Program-made: the position numbers and the translations under genes
The notes under the pieces: generated by a model
Databases searched by the model: none
What the model was told of the DNA's origin: nothing
The model's input: only the letters and a program-made list of their open reading frames with translations
Shown here: in pieces, positions 1-12,551 of the stretch
Layout of the letters: every line of letters begins with the position of its first letter
Position numbering within the stretch: the stretch's first letter is position 1
Assembly: GCF_000315625.1 (NCBI RefSeq)
Contig: NW_005434660.1
Location: 894,743 to 929,976, forward strand
DNA from: Guillardia theta CCMP2712
Taxonomy: Eukaryota; Protista; Cryptophyta
DNA: 35,234 nt
Reading direction: 5' to 3'

Positions 1-41
<41 letters not shown>

Positions 42-42
42 G

Positions 43-117
<75 letters not shown>
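1..117 (+). repeat. (AGC)n followed by (GAGCAG)n microsatellite
   Basis: Direct inspection. Confidence 0.95.
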
Positions 118-2810
118 CGGATTCACGTGCTGAAGTCTGTAAAGGTGATCTATCCTTTCTTCGTTGGGACTGGAGGAGCGAAATACCTCCCCATCATGTT
201 CAGCGATAAGGTCGCAGCTCCTCCGGAATTTCTCGCTTCCTTCACGGAGAAGATGGTGAATCCTTCTCGCTCTCCCCTTCCTCCTCCTTCACTTCCTCCT
301 CCACTCTTCCCCCTATCCCTCTATCTCCATGTCGTTGCCCTTCCTGTCCCCGTCCTCCCCTCTCCCTCCCCTCCCTCCCTAATCCTCCCCCTTCAGGTGT
401 ACCTTCCCCACTCCTACTACGTCACCTCGCACGGGGAGCTGCCAGATGGAAATTCTGCTCTCTCCTTGCAGCTCTCAAGGGCGGCAAGGAGGGCAAACGA
501 TCTGCCGGAGGACGCGCTTGTTATCTGCAACTTCAACCAAGTGTACAAGATCGACGGGAACATCTTTGCGACGTGGATGGAGGTGATGAGCAGAATCGAT
601 GTCGAGGGACAAGCGTTGTTGTGTGCGTTGAGGAATGTGCGATGAGAGATGAGCTGATTCTTGTGTTTGTTGTGGAATAGCTTTTATGTTTGTTTGTAGG
701 GGACATGTGAAATTGATACAGAATGACCTGTTTGATAGAGAATGACATGTGTGTTTGTTTGTGTATCTGTGTGTTACGGAATGACATGCATGTTGCTGAT
801 GAGATGACTTGTTTCATTCTTGCCTGTTCGCTCAGGTGCTCCGATCTGTCAACCAATCGATCTTGTGGCTCCGGAGGGAGGGGGACGACACGCATGCTGC
901 CATGCGACATTATGCGAGGAGGTTTGGGGTGCGAGGAGAGAGGATCCAGTTTGCTCGATGGGCGGAGACGTCAGCGAGTCACATCAAGAGGATAAAGTTG
1001 TCTTCGTTGAGGTCTGTCTTCCTCTACCCTCCTGCTCTCCTGCTCTCCTGCTCTCCTGCTCTCCTGCTCTCCTGCTCTCCTGCTCTCCTGCTCTCCTGCT
1101 CTCCTGCTCTCCTGCTTTACTCTTCTCTCCTCTTTTCTCCTCCTCTTCTCCTCCTCTGCTCTTCTTTGTCTCTAATTGGCAACTTCAGTCTCGACACGCC
1201 GCTGTACAGCTCAATGACTACAGGGTGAAACCCCGCTCACTCTGAGTCTCCTCCTGTCGCCTCTCGCCTCGCTTCCTTTCCTAGCTTCCTCTCTCCCCTC
1301 CCCTCTCCCTTCTTTCTCCTCTCCTCTCCTCTCCTCTCCTCTCCTCTCCTCTCCTCTCCTCTCCTCTCCTCTCCTCTCCTCTCCTCTCCTCTCCTCTCCT
1401 CTCTCCTCTCCTCTCCTCTCCTCTCCTCTCCTCTCCTCTCTCCTGTCCTGTCCTGTCCTGTCCTGTCCTGTCCTGTCCTGTCCTGTCCTCTCCTTTTTCT
1501 CTACCGTCTCCTCTCTCAGAGGCGCTAGAACCGCCAATCATCTCGTTGACAAGTTTTAACGAGTGGCACGAGGGCACACAACTGGTACCACTACCTCCTC
1601 CTCTCCACTTTCCGCTCTTCTCGCTGCTCTCCTTTTCTTCTCTCCTCCTGCTCTCCTCCTCCTCCTCTCCTGCTCTTCTCATCCACCTGCTCGCCTCCTC
1701 CTCGCCTGATCGCTGGCAGGAACCTGCGACGCAGAAGGCTGGCTATTTGGACTACGGACAGGCAGGATCTGGTGAGAGGAGACGATGAGAGTTTTAGGAG
1801 GGGAGGAGGGAAGAAGAGAGGGGCAGGAGTGCATGAGTTCAGGGGGGACTAGAGGAAGGAAGGGGAGGGGGAGGGGGAGGGGGAGGAGAAGGACGAGGAC
1901 GAGGACGAGGACGAGGGGGAGGGTGAGGGGAGGAGGAGGAGGACGAGGAGGAGGAAGAGGATGAGGAGGGGGAAGACTTGCAGCTGTGGTGGCGGGGGGT
2001 GTGTGGGTCTCGGTGGGGGGGGGGGTCTCGCGCTCTCATTGAGTGTCGTGGGGAGGGGGTGTTTCCGTTCCTAGCATCTGCAGCCGAGGTGGGGGCGGCA
2101 GGTAGAGACCATGTTATTGTAGTTGTCTTTTAACTGATAGAGCCCTCGCCTCACTTCTCTGCCGACGCCTGATGCATGATTGCATGCCTCGATGTGCTGA
2201 CATGCAGAGCAGCTTCGGTGANNNNNNNNNNNNNNNNNNNNNNNNNNNNNNNNNNNNNNNNNNNNNNNNNNNNNNNNNNNNNNNNNNNNNNNNNNNNNNN
2301 NNNNNNNNNNNNNNNNNNNNNCTCCTCTCTCGCTTCTCGTAAGATGGTTTCTTCATTCTCATCTTCTCAAATTTTGGAAATGCTTCTGATAGACTAAGTG
2401 TCACACCTCATTTCTTGTTTGGTTTTCAGATGAGAACTTTATGGGAAAAGCGGAGGACTGCTGCTTTGTTTAACACAACAAAGAAGGTAAAGAATGTCTC
2501 ATCTCATCTCATCTCATCTCATCTCATCTCATCTCATCTCATCTCATCTCATCGCATCTCATCTCATCTCATCTCATCTCATCTCATCTCATCTCATCTC
2601 ATCTCATCTCATCTCATCTCATCTCATCTCATCTCATCTCATCTCCTGACAGGTACACGAGTTTAAAAGGAGCTTTCGACTTCTATGGGAAATCAGAAGG
2701 GTGGGCAAGGTTGTTGATTGTATTCTGTTGATGAATCTCCATTTACATGCTCACAGAAAACAGACAAAAATTCAATTTCTTGGCCTCATGTTGTTGTTGC
2801 AAAAACATGA
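115..2810 (+). CDS. OGT: O-GlcNAc transferase (GT41, OGT/SEC-type), catalytic C-terminal part; 5'-partial, multi-exon, spans gap 2222-2321
   Basis: Exons read SDKVAAPPEFLASFTEKM|VYLPHSYYVTSH..LPEDALVICNFNQVYKIDGNIFATWME|VLRSVNQSILWLRR, then LDTPLYSSMTT, RRTAALFNT and a last exon KTDKNSISWPHVVVAKT* (TGA ends 2810). NFNQxYKI, LDTPxY and PLFxT-like motifs are GT41 hallmarks. Internal exon boundaries are partly uncertain. Confidence 0.85.
1029..1115 (+). repeat. (CTCCTGCT)n octamer tandem repeat, intronic
   Basis: About 10 consecutive units. Confidence 0.9.
1316..1490 (+). repeat. Compound (CTCCT)n-(GTCCT)n pentanucleotide microsatellite, intronic
   Basis: Direct inspection. Confidence 0.95.
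2222..2321. other. Assembly gap (100 N); others at 14288-14387 and 17527-17626
   Basis: N runs of placeholder length; the 17527 gap directly abuts a microsatellite. Confidence 0.99.
2497..2646 (+). repeat. (CATCT)n microsatellite filling an OGT intron
   Basis: Lies between donor GTAAAG (about 2488) and ctgacag acceptor (about 2652). Confidence 0.95.
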
Positions 2811-3068
2811 AGCGGCTATCGCAAGCATTTCAAGATAGTCTTTTCTCTCAATCTACCTACCTCGATATCTCTCTGCTGTTTGACTTTCAATTCCTTGTAG
2901 ATGGTTTTGAATGATCGTGCCAGAATGTGGCATGATGACACTAGAGGATCTTGAAAGATTTTCCCGACTTGTTATCAACAAGTTACAAAACCTCTGACCA
3001 ACGCATCGAAAGCTTGTCATGTGTAATCTCCTCTCCTCCAGTCGTGCCTGTTCGCTGCTTCCCTCTCC

Positions 3069-5464
3069 TTAGAATTCGACCTCGACTGTCAAGGAGCAGA
3101 AAATCAGCGAGGGAGGGAGGGAGGGAGGGAGGGAGGGAGGGAGGGAGAGAGGGATACCGGGCTGTCCGTTCATTTCAATGGATTTTTGGGCCGCCACACC
3201 CATCGCAACAGCCCATCTGCAAAACAATTAATGCTGCTGCTGCCTCCTCCTCCTCCTCATCCTCCTCCTCCTCCTCCTCCTCATCCTCCCTCCCTCTCCC
3301 GCCCTTCTTCCTCCTCGTCCTCATCCCCCTTACCTTCCGTCCTCCACACGCACCAGCTCCTCCATCGCGCTCTCCTCCCCCACGATCGCCTCACAGAACC
3401 GCCTGAGCTGCAGCTGCCGTGAGCTCTGACTCCCCCCTCTGCTCCTCACGCACTTCATGGAACGTCGACCCCTCGTGCGCTCCTGCTTCCAGAAGTCTGG
3501 AGTCCGTTACTGCAGCGCCAGGCGTCATGTGGAGGAGCTAGAGAGACTTGCTGGACCTCCGATGTGCTCCTGCTGCACGGGAGGAAGCGACTTGGTGGAT
3601 GGTGCATCGACCTATCAGTTCGATGAGAGCTGTGAAAACCGACAACACTCCTGTCCTCTTCCCCGTCCTCGTCCCCATCCTCGTCCCCGTCCTCGCCCTC
3701 CATTACCACCATCACTATCACTAACTCCATTAACGCCCTTGCCTCCCTGCATCCTCGTTGTCCTCCCTTCTTCCTGTCACCCCTTCCTCTCTCTCTGCTC
3801 CTCTCCTCGCCTCCCTCGCCTCCCTCGCCTCCCTCCATCTCTTTCTCCTCCTTCCTCCTCCTCACCTCTCGAGCAGCGTTCCACTCTGACTTGGCTGGTC
3901 GCAACCCGATCCTGAAGTTCGACAGGTCCTCTTGTTCCTCCTTCTCCCCATGACGAGACCCGAACGCCTCCACCTTACCTGCGATGGAAGCACATGAAAT
4001 GACAAGGAGGAGATGAAGGGAGCAGGCAGAAGAAGAGAGCAGAGGGGTGGAGAGGAGAAGGAAGGATGAGAAGTAGGAAGGGAACGATAGAGAATAGCAG
4101 TTGGGAGAGGACGGGGGGAGAGGGAGGAGGAGAGAAGAAAAGAAGGAAGAGTTGATGAAAGCGCAAACGACGGTGGTGAGATGGAAGACAGGGATGCGGA
4201 CAATTTCAAGGAGGAAGTGAAGCAACAACGCGGGGAAGGCAGAGTCACCTCTATCTCCCACCACACAGATCTCCTCTTGGTACAGAGAGGTCTCAGCAAA
4301 CATGCAGAGGTCGAGGCATGCCCTGCCCCCGTTCTTGAACTCCACGATCACGTACGCGTTGTCAATGATGTCAGGCCTCATCAGCCGAATCTTTCCCGCG
4401 CCATCCTCATCCTCGTTCTGCTGGCAAGCCACATGCTGCTGGATGTTTGCCTGGTCCTCTCCCTCTTCCCCGCTGCGCTGGTACAGCTCAGACTGGTACT
4501 CGACATCCTGGCCCCCAGACGCCATGACTCTGACCTTGGGCAGGGATCAGGACGGAGCAAGAAGCGAGAGGAGGAGGTACAGGATCTGACTTGAGGATCT
4601 GACGCATCAGATCGAAGAAGTGACAGCATTTCTCAACGAGAGTCCCGCCGGAGAGTTCGTTAAACCTGTTCCAATACCCGACCTGTAGGGATCCGGTGTC
4701 ACAACAGAACAACACAAGAACAAGTCATCTATTTGTATCAGAACAATGTAGAGCACGTGAGCTAAGGGGTGTTCACGAGCAAGGTTCTCTTTTGAGAAGA
4801 GCAACTTTCAATCTTCATACCTTTGTCAAGAACGGGAACCTGTGTTCTCTTATCGACACCATCCTCACTCTCCCCACTGAACCCTGCTTCACCTCCTGCA
4901 ACAACCTAGCAACTGACGGCATATACTTGTACTCCATCCCCACCCACACGACGCGCCTGAGAGAGAATCAGCAGCAACATGCATCGTTGCTCTTCCCCCT
5001 CACCTCGGATCACTCGCCCGATCGTCTTCTACCAACCTCTCCACTCTCCTACAGTCCTCCACCTTGGTGCAAAGAGGCTTCTCGACAAGCACGTGCAACG
5101 AAGTCTTCTGCACAACCTCCTCCATGATGTTCAAGTGCGTGTAGTTCGGGGTTGCGATCACCACAGCATCGCACTGACTTCTCCTTCCCATGTCAAAGTC
5201 TCCCATGTCGTCCTCCGCATTCACCCACCGCACAAAGCTCCCAACGCTCTCAAACGTGCGCACGTTCTTGATGCTCGGCAGCAGCTCAAGGCAGGAAGCC
5301 AGCGAGCTCTGGTTGCTGTCGACTAGAGCGACCACTTGCGCGACTTCTGGCATCAGAGATATGTTCCTCATATGCTCCTTGCCGATGCATCCCGCGCCGA
5401 TAATGGCTACCCTGACGGGAAGGCGCGGGCTGTCAAACCCGTCGATGGCGCCACGAGACGGCAT
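3069..5464 (-). CDS. Gfo/Idh/MocA family NAD-dependent oxidoreductase (inositol 2-dehydrogenase-like), multi-exon
   Basis: Rossmann motif [76 protein letters not shown]; last exon VEVEF* with stop at 3069-3071. Confidence 0.9.
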
Positions 5465-7824
5465 GGAGACGTATAAACGTAACGGCGATCGAGCTTGAAA
5501 CGAAGGATCAGAGGAGGAGAACAGGGACGGAGCATATCATGGGGAACTAACTGTTTTATCTCAGTCACTACTTCCATCTCACCTAGATGCTCTCTCTCAC
5601 GCTGCCAACAGCAAGAACTGACAATCATAGCCTTGCCTCGAACATCTCAGTTACTCATCCACCTTCATCTCAGACCATCAAACACATGATTTCGTGAAGT
5701 GCCTCTCAGACCGTCTTTTGCCTGCCCCTCGGTCCTCCTCCTCCTCCTCCTCCTCCTCCTCCTCCTCCAGTCATGATCCATGACCTCAATCAAAGTTTTC
5801 GTCACTTGGAACGTCGTCATGCCTGTCTGTCTTTCGTCTCATCGTTGCCTTCCTATTTCTCTCTCCCCAGGACTAATCCTCCATGTTCAACCCTCCTCCC
5901 TCCATCCCCCTCCCTCCCCATCCTTCCCGTCTCTTCGCTCCATTCGCCGCCATCCCTACGCCGCCTTGTCCGTCCTGACGGCAGCACAAACTCTATTCCC
6001 CCATGAGAAAACAAATTAAAAAAACATAAAAAGAACAAAAAAAGAACGAAACTTCGAAACTTGGAAACTTCGAGGTCCCCGACCACAAACTTCGGACCCG
6101 ACAAAAACTCCAGTGTAAATAATTCTAACTTTGAGTAAACTACTGTATAGAAAATAAATTACTCTATTGCAATTTTGTTATGGAGAAACTGTATTCAAAA
6201 CTACTTTTAAATATTCATGTACACATTCACTTTAAAATTGTTTTAAATGTTTTTAAAGTCCTCTATCCTTGAATGTTTTACAATTGCTTGTTACGAAACG
6301 GGGCCCAACCACCCTACCCCCACGGAGCCCTGACACCACCCCTCCAATATCATAGGACTTCTTCCCCACCCCGGTCAATGGATCTAGACACCCTACCTAC
6401 CTTGTTGCATCAATGTACCCCCACCCTCATCATCATACTAGACCACCCCCTTCTTTCCCATGAAACACTACGCCGACTCCCTCGCTCACCCCCATTTTAT
6501 ACCACCCCTATGCCACGAACACCCCAAACGAAAACATTTCACCCACCCATTTTCAATTGGAGATTTTGATTCGCCCACCCTCACCCCATTTCACACCAGT
6601 TTGTACCCCACCTTTGCTAATATTCCTAGTACCCCCTACCCTATCAAATCATTTGGTACCCCTTCCATGTCGGCTACTACCCCCTTCCCATACTGTATCC
6701 CTATATGCTGACCCTGTCGACTCTACTACCCCCTTGAGGCTCACCACCATTCAAGATCACGAATCGGGAGGATCTGACAGGACCCCTGGTACCCATGACC
6801 CTTAAAAACCTGACTTTATCTTCAGGAGAAGTCATGATTTGTAGAACCGGTACATAATCCCTCAAACTCCTGCCTATTTCCATGGTCCCACCCCTAGTTG
6901 ACTCAACATAGACCCCTACCCAGAACCCCACTACCCAGTCGAAATGGTACCCTACCCCTGCATTCTCGAATCAGTACCCTCCCCCACCCCCACGTTGCAC
7001 ATGCTAGAGCACCATGCAGGCGGCGGCAGCTTAGGACCCCCGCCCCCCTCCTCGTCCCGTGTCTGCTTCAAGTCCTAACTTCATCCCTTCCTTCACGTCT
7101 GTCTCACTTCCACGCGCTCTTTCAAGCCGTAACTCCTCCCATACCTCCCTTCCTCCCCCCATTCTCCTCGTTCCATCCTAAGATCGACAAGTTGCTTTGC
7201 ATGCTATCCTTGCACGGGCTCCCTGCTTGCCATGCTCGGAATCTGCTGCCAGCGTTCATGACAAGCTCGGTCATCGTATGCATGCCATGCTCAGCGTATC
7301 CCATATTCACGAGACTAAACCCAAAGCGACATGGTGGGGGATCCTAGAATTCTTCCAGAAGATCCTGAGTTTGATGGATTTGAGTTTCCCTGCTTTGTTC
7401 TGCCTTAGTTGTTTCCATTTCGATTCAGCGCCATCATTTAGTTGAAGCTATTTCAGTTTGTTTCTCCTGGCGCCTGATTCATATAACTCTCGACTCCTGA
7501 AACTCGCAGCGAAAAAGCTCCAATCTTTGAGTTTTTGACCAGCTTTGGTCTTAGTTTTTCCTCTTTCCTCCATTCTGTGTAAAGTGGAAACCAAGTGATT
7601 GCTTGGTCGTTTGATACGCTTCTTTTGGTTCATACCCCTCATAGAACAATCTTTGCTTGAAGAAATCTCTAACCTCACCTTTTCACTCTCTATTTTTCGG
7701 TGACTTGGAAGTTGCAGGAGAACAGGTCTTCCTGTCAAACATCTTGATCGGAGCCGTCTCTCGGTCAGTCAGCCCAGATATCAGAACTTTTCTCCTGGTT
7801 TGCGTTTGACAGCTTTCAACCATC

Positions 7825-10019
7825 ATGAGCAACGCAATGTTTCGATGTTTCGTTGTCAACACGAATTTCAGAGGCTTGTCGATTCTGTCGAGGAGTTATG
7901 GAGGGAAGAGGTCGTATGAAGTCTTCAAGTACAGGAAGCTGGGGGGCCTGCAACCCAAGTCTGCTCGTCTTTCTTGCAACGCAGCGCAGGCCGAGCTGAT
8001 GTCAATGCAGCAGCCCAACGGGTCGAAGAGCAGGAAGACTATCTTTGGGTGGACGTGTGCTGGGATCGTGGGGATTGTTGCGAAACATCTTCATGAGAGG
8101 AGGCGAGAAGGAGCTATAATGGAACTGGAAAATGATGCACTCGGAGAAGCGATCAAGCCGCTCAGTGTACCGCAGGAGTTCATCCACCCCTTCAAGAATC
8201 AGCCGCTGGCATGGAGAATAGTCTTCATCGTTAAGCGCATCTTCACCCTCGCCATTACTTTCACTCCCCTTGCCATCTGCACGATCCTCGAGCCGATTTT
8301 GAGTCGTTACCCGTCATTCCGTGGGTGGTACCTCCAGCTGATGGTGGGAGTAGAGCCACTTCCTCTGGCGCCCTGACTGGTTGCTGCCCAGGTGAAAAGT
8401 TTCGAACGTGCTGGATGCTCTTTCCAGAAGATCGGCCAATGGCTGAGCATGCGACCAGACTTGTTGAGCCCAGACGTGATCGAAGCTCTGAGTGCTCTCC
8501 GTGACGATGGTCCGAAACACTCGTTCGAGCACTCGAGGCATGAGATCGAGGCGGCTTTCGGAGCGAGGCTAGAAGATGTCTTCGAATACGTCGACCCTGT
8601 TCCCATCGCAAGCGGGTCGATAGCACAGGTCTGGCGGTGACGCTGGGAAGGTCATTGGTGACCGGATGTCCAGGTTCACAAGGCAAAGCTGAGAAGCGAG
8701 TACATGCAATCCCATGGGATGGAGGACCTTGGGTTTCAGGAGGTTGCGATCAAGGTCCGGCACGAGGAGGAGGCGGGCTCGAGCTGACGGAGCCGGCAGG
8801 TTCGGCACCCTGAAGTGCTGGAGTCAACGTGGGTGGATGCGGACATCATCTTCAACTTCTTCGGCATCGCCGGCAAGGTGGGTCAAGTTGGGAGGATCCT
8901 TGAGATCTGATGGCTCTTTCAAAGGTGTTTGCCAACTACGACATGGCCATGCCCTTTGACAAGAAGGGTTTCTACTCGGTAGATCACCGACGTGCACACC
9001 TGCGGCCCACTGACGCGCTTGCCAGTCGATGGTTCGGCAGCTGGACCTGAACTGGGAGGCTTACAACTTGCGGCAATTCCAGGAGAACTTTCAGGGAGAG
9101 CACGTGAGTTGCTGTCTGACTGTTGACCAGTCGATGACGCAAGTTTGCTGTGTAGAGAATCGTGTTTCCACTCGTTGCCCACTCCACTGAATCCGTCCTA
9201 GTGGAATCCTGGATCAACGGACAGAGCGTTGCGAAGCTCTTCGAAGCCGTTGACGGCCAAGACTTCAGCGTCACGCCCAAAGGAGCTCACAGGACGGCAG
9301 GGGAGATGATGGAGGAAAAGAGGAAGAAGAAGCTTGCGCAAGACATCTTCGACATGACGATCAAGATGTACCTGCGGGACAATTACATCCACGGCGACCT
9401 CCATGGGGGGAATCTGATGTACTCGACAGATCCCCACGACGATCGCATCTACGTGCTGGATGCAGGCCTGACGACGGCACTGGAGAAGGACTGGGCCTCT
9501 CCCTTCGGCTACCTGCTGCATGCTCTGACCACAGGAGACGCCGACAAGGCGGCAGACAAGCTGCTCATGTTCAACAAGTCGACGGCTCCGCTGGACGTGC
9601 ACGCGTTCAAGAGCGAGCTGAAGGACGTGATGAACCTGTACATGCCGTCGTCATCGAGACACCATGTAGCCGGTCACGAGGAGCACAAGCAGGAGACCAA
9701 GGGCCCCATCAACCTCGGGGCCATGATCGGCCACATCCTCTCGACCCTCTACAAGCACAACATCAACCTGCGCGGGGATGTGGCCATCACCATCGTCACT
9801 ATGTCCATCTCTGAAGGCCTGATCCGTCAGCTGGACCCGGAGTTCGACGTGGTCAGAAGCGCCCTTCCCTACTTCGTGCGCTTCCGGTCCTGGCAGCGGC
9901 CGTCGCTGACGGGCAAGGACTGGTCCAAGGAGGTGGAGGGTGCAAACGGGGGCCTTCCCCTGACGGGTACCAGAGGCGTCGCCGTTACCTCCTCGCTGGC
10001 TCCTCGGATGGGAGCTTGA
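7825..10019 (+). CDS. ABC1/UbiB/ADCK atypical protein kinase (ADCK2/Cqd1-like), probable mitochondrial presequence, multi-exon
   Basis: FQKIGQWLSMRPDL (KxGQ), PIASGSIAQV|HKA, VAIK|VRHP, QLDLNWEA, HGDLHGGN, LDAGL, EGLIRQLDPEFD. The N-terminus is Arg/Ser-rich. Introns of about 40-60 nt restore the frame. Confidence 0.9.
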
Positions 10020-10309
10020 GCGAGGATGCAGGAGCAACGAATGGCTCCTCCCTCCCTCCCCCCGTGTTCCTAGTAGTCGCTGTCCTCTTTTCCCCTCGCC
10101 CCTTTCTTCCTTTCTCCTCCTTCCGCTTTTCGCCCTTGTCATTCATAGTTTCTCTCTTTCCATCCACAATCTTCTTTTTTTTTCTGGTTTTGGAAACTTT
10201 AACTGCTACCATGAACATCGTCTCTAAATTCCCAGCACCTCAACACAAGATCGAGAGGCGCAGGAGATGAAAGATGGGGGAGAAAGTGAGAGAGAGGAGT
10301 AGGGCCCTA

Positions 10310-11795
10310 TCAATTTCCCTGCTCAGTGTTGCCTTCATGCTTGTCTTCAAGCTTCTGGATATGCTCGAGCACCTGCTCTCATCGTCAACCTGTTGACTGC
10401 ATCGAAGGATAAACTCACAGCGGCACAATCCTCCTGGAGCTGCTCATCCTCCTCTTCGTCACGAAACTTCATCTGAGGGGGATAGTGACTCCTGTGGAGG
10501 GAAGAAGAGGAGATGGAGGAGGGGAGGCGTTGGAGCAGAAGGGATGGCAAGGCAGGGGAGGAGTATGGAATGGAGAGGTAAGGAGCGAGGGACAGAACGG
10601 GATGCATCGAGGGAAGAGAAGAAGGAAGACGAAGATCGTACTGACCATGAAAGTGACCAGCTTGGCCTTGTTCTTCAGCAAGATACTCTGAATCTTCTCA
10701 CCCTTGTTTGGGTTCACTACGAACACCTTGAAGCTGGTCAACCCAACAAAGCAGTAGGGAGAGAGGGAGAGCGTAAGGAGAGGAGAGCGTGGGAGAGGGA
10801 GAGGGAGAGGGAGAGGGAGAGAGGGGAGAGGGGACGGGAGAGTGGGGAGGGGAGACCTTGAAGATATGGAAAGAGTCGTTGCGGATGGCCTTCTCCTTGG
10901 CTCGCAGCAGGTTCATCATGACCTTGAGGTGCTCGGGCTCGGAGATGTACCGGGTCATGACCTTGTAGTTGTTCCTGTCCAGCAGTATGTCCCCCAGCAG
11001 GCGCAGGGCCTGGCGCTTGGTGACGTAGCTGTCGCTGGTGAGCAGCGTGGAGTACGTCCTGAAGAAGAAGTCGAAGTCCTGCTCGAGGAACGTCGCCACC
11101 GTCTTCTTGTGGATCACCAGGAGGTCTCGGAGGGTGGAGAAAGCGTCGGACGCGATGTCGAACTGGGGAAGTTGGACGTAGGTAAAGATGTCTGCTCCTC
11201 GGACTGGCGCGTCGATCGGGGCCTCTGCTGACTTCTTCATCGTCTGCAGCAGCCTCTTGGCAAGGTCCTCGTACTTGGCACAGTCTCGGAGCATGAGACC
11301 GCAGCAGGTCGAGATCGAGTCCGCGTGCCGGTAGTTCTTAAGGAGGTCTACCAGGCAGTTGTCCTCCTCGTCCCTGTCGAAGTCTGCAGCCAGGTAGGCG
11401 ACGGAGAAGCTTTCCGGCCCCGCGGAGCTGCGGAGGAGCACGCGGAAGATGAAGGAGACGTCCTTGCGGGCCTCGAAGTCCAGGTGCGTCATCATGCGGA
11501 TCAGGACCTGCAAGGTAGACCCCTCGGCGAAGAGAGCAGAGAGCTCGTCCAAGAACTCTTTGTGCTTCTCCTTCCCGTCCTCCAGCTTGATCTTCATCTT
11601 CAGCTGGCTCAGGCATTGCGCCAACTCTTCCATGCTCTTCTCCGCTCCCTCCTTGCCCTCGCTGCAGTGCCCAGCCTCCTCCTGCAAGCACTTGACGTAG
11701 TCGCTCGCCGTCTCGAACTTCCTGGAGGAGAAGTCCAGTCCGAGCACAGCCACTCCCTTGGCCATCATGGACTCCACGTTCATCCCGATGTTCAT
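10310..11795 (-). CDS. MO25: Mo25/CAB39/Hym1 family scaffold protein
   Basis: LDFEARKDV, CGLMLRDC, FDIASDAFSTLRDLL, YVTKRQALRLLGDILLDRNN, HLKVMMNLL, FHIFK|VFVVNPNK; final exon VLEHIQKLEDKHEGNTEQGN*. The start codon is uncertain because an upstream exon is possible. Confidence 0.93.
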
Positions 11796-12551
11796 ATCTG
11801 AGAACAGACACAGCAACCACAAGCTCCCCGCCCTCCCGGAGCTAGATGGGCTGCATCAGCCCTCCTTCGTTGAGCTCAGCTCTCCTTCTCGCCTAGTTTC
11901 TTCTTCTCTTCTCTCCTCTCCTTCTCTGTCCCCTACTTCCTGCCTCCTCTCCTCTCCTCTCCTCTCCTCTCCTCTCCTCTCCTCTCCTCTCCTCTCCTCT
12001 CCTCTCCCTTTCCCTCTCCCTTGTCACTCCCACAGTGCAACCTTGCAGCCTACACCCCAACCTCATCCCACCCTTCCTTCTTGACTACCCCTTATTTTCC
12101 CCTCCTTTTTGACTCACTATCACCCCTGTAATGAAACCCCCACCCCCCACCCCTGATTTCCTAATGGAAGAGACCGAAAAGAGAACCCGGATTGAGCACA
12201 ACCAATCCGGTAGAGGAGGAAGAGGAGTGAGGAAGAGGAGGGGAGAGCGCGAGGGAGAGAGGAGGAGGAGAGTGTCTAGAGAGGAGATAGCAGAGGAGGT
12301 CGGAGAGGAAGGAAGGGAGTCAAGTCTGAAGAGAGCACTAGCAGCGGCAGAAGGGAAGAGGGACTACGAGCAAATATCCTATTATCACCGAATCCGCAAC
12401 ATGTTGGACCTTCCGCGTCGTCCCTGAGAGACTTTCAATATCGGAGATGCATCTGCGGTCAAGATCCCAGGCAAACTCCACGCAAGATTGCGAGCGCCAT
12501 GCAGCGGTATCATTCAGGGAGACGGCCGACGAGTTAGCTACGGAGCAAGCC

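Noticed and set aside
809-2666. ORFs with SCSPALLL, RGEER, SSHLI repeats
   Set aside because: Translations of intronic microsatellites.
6245-6257. 13-bp inverted match to 32409-32421
   Set aside because: Almost entirely A/T within AT-rich blocks, so likely chance.
7000-7740. CATG-rich stretch and 96-aa minus ORF upstream of the ABC1 gene
   Set aside because: No recognisable domain or regular spacing; not supportable.
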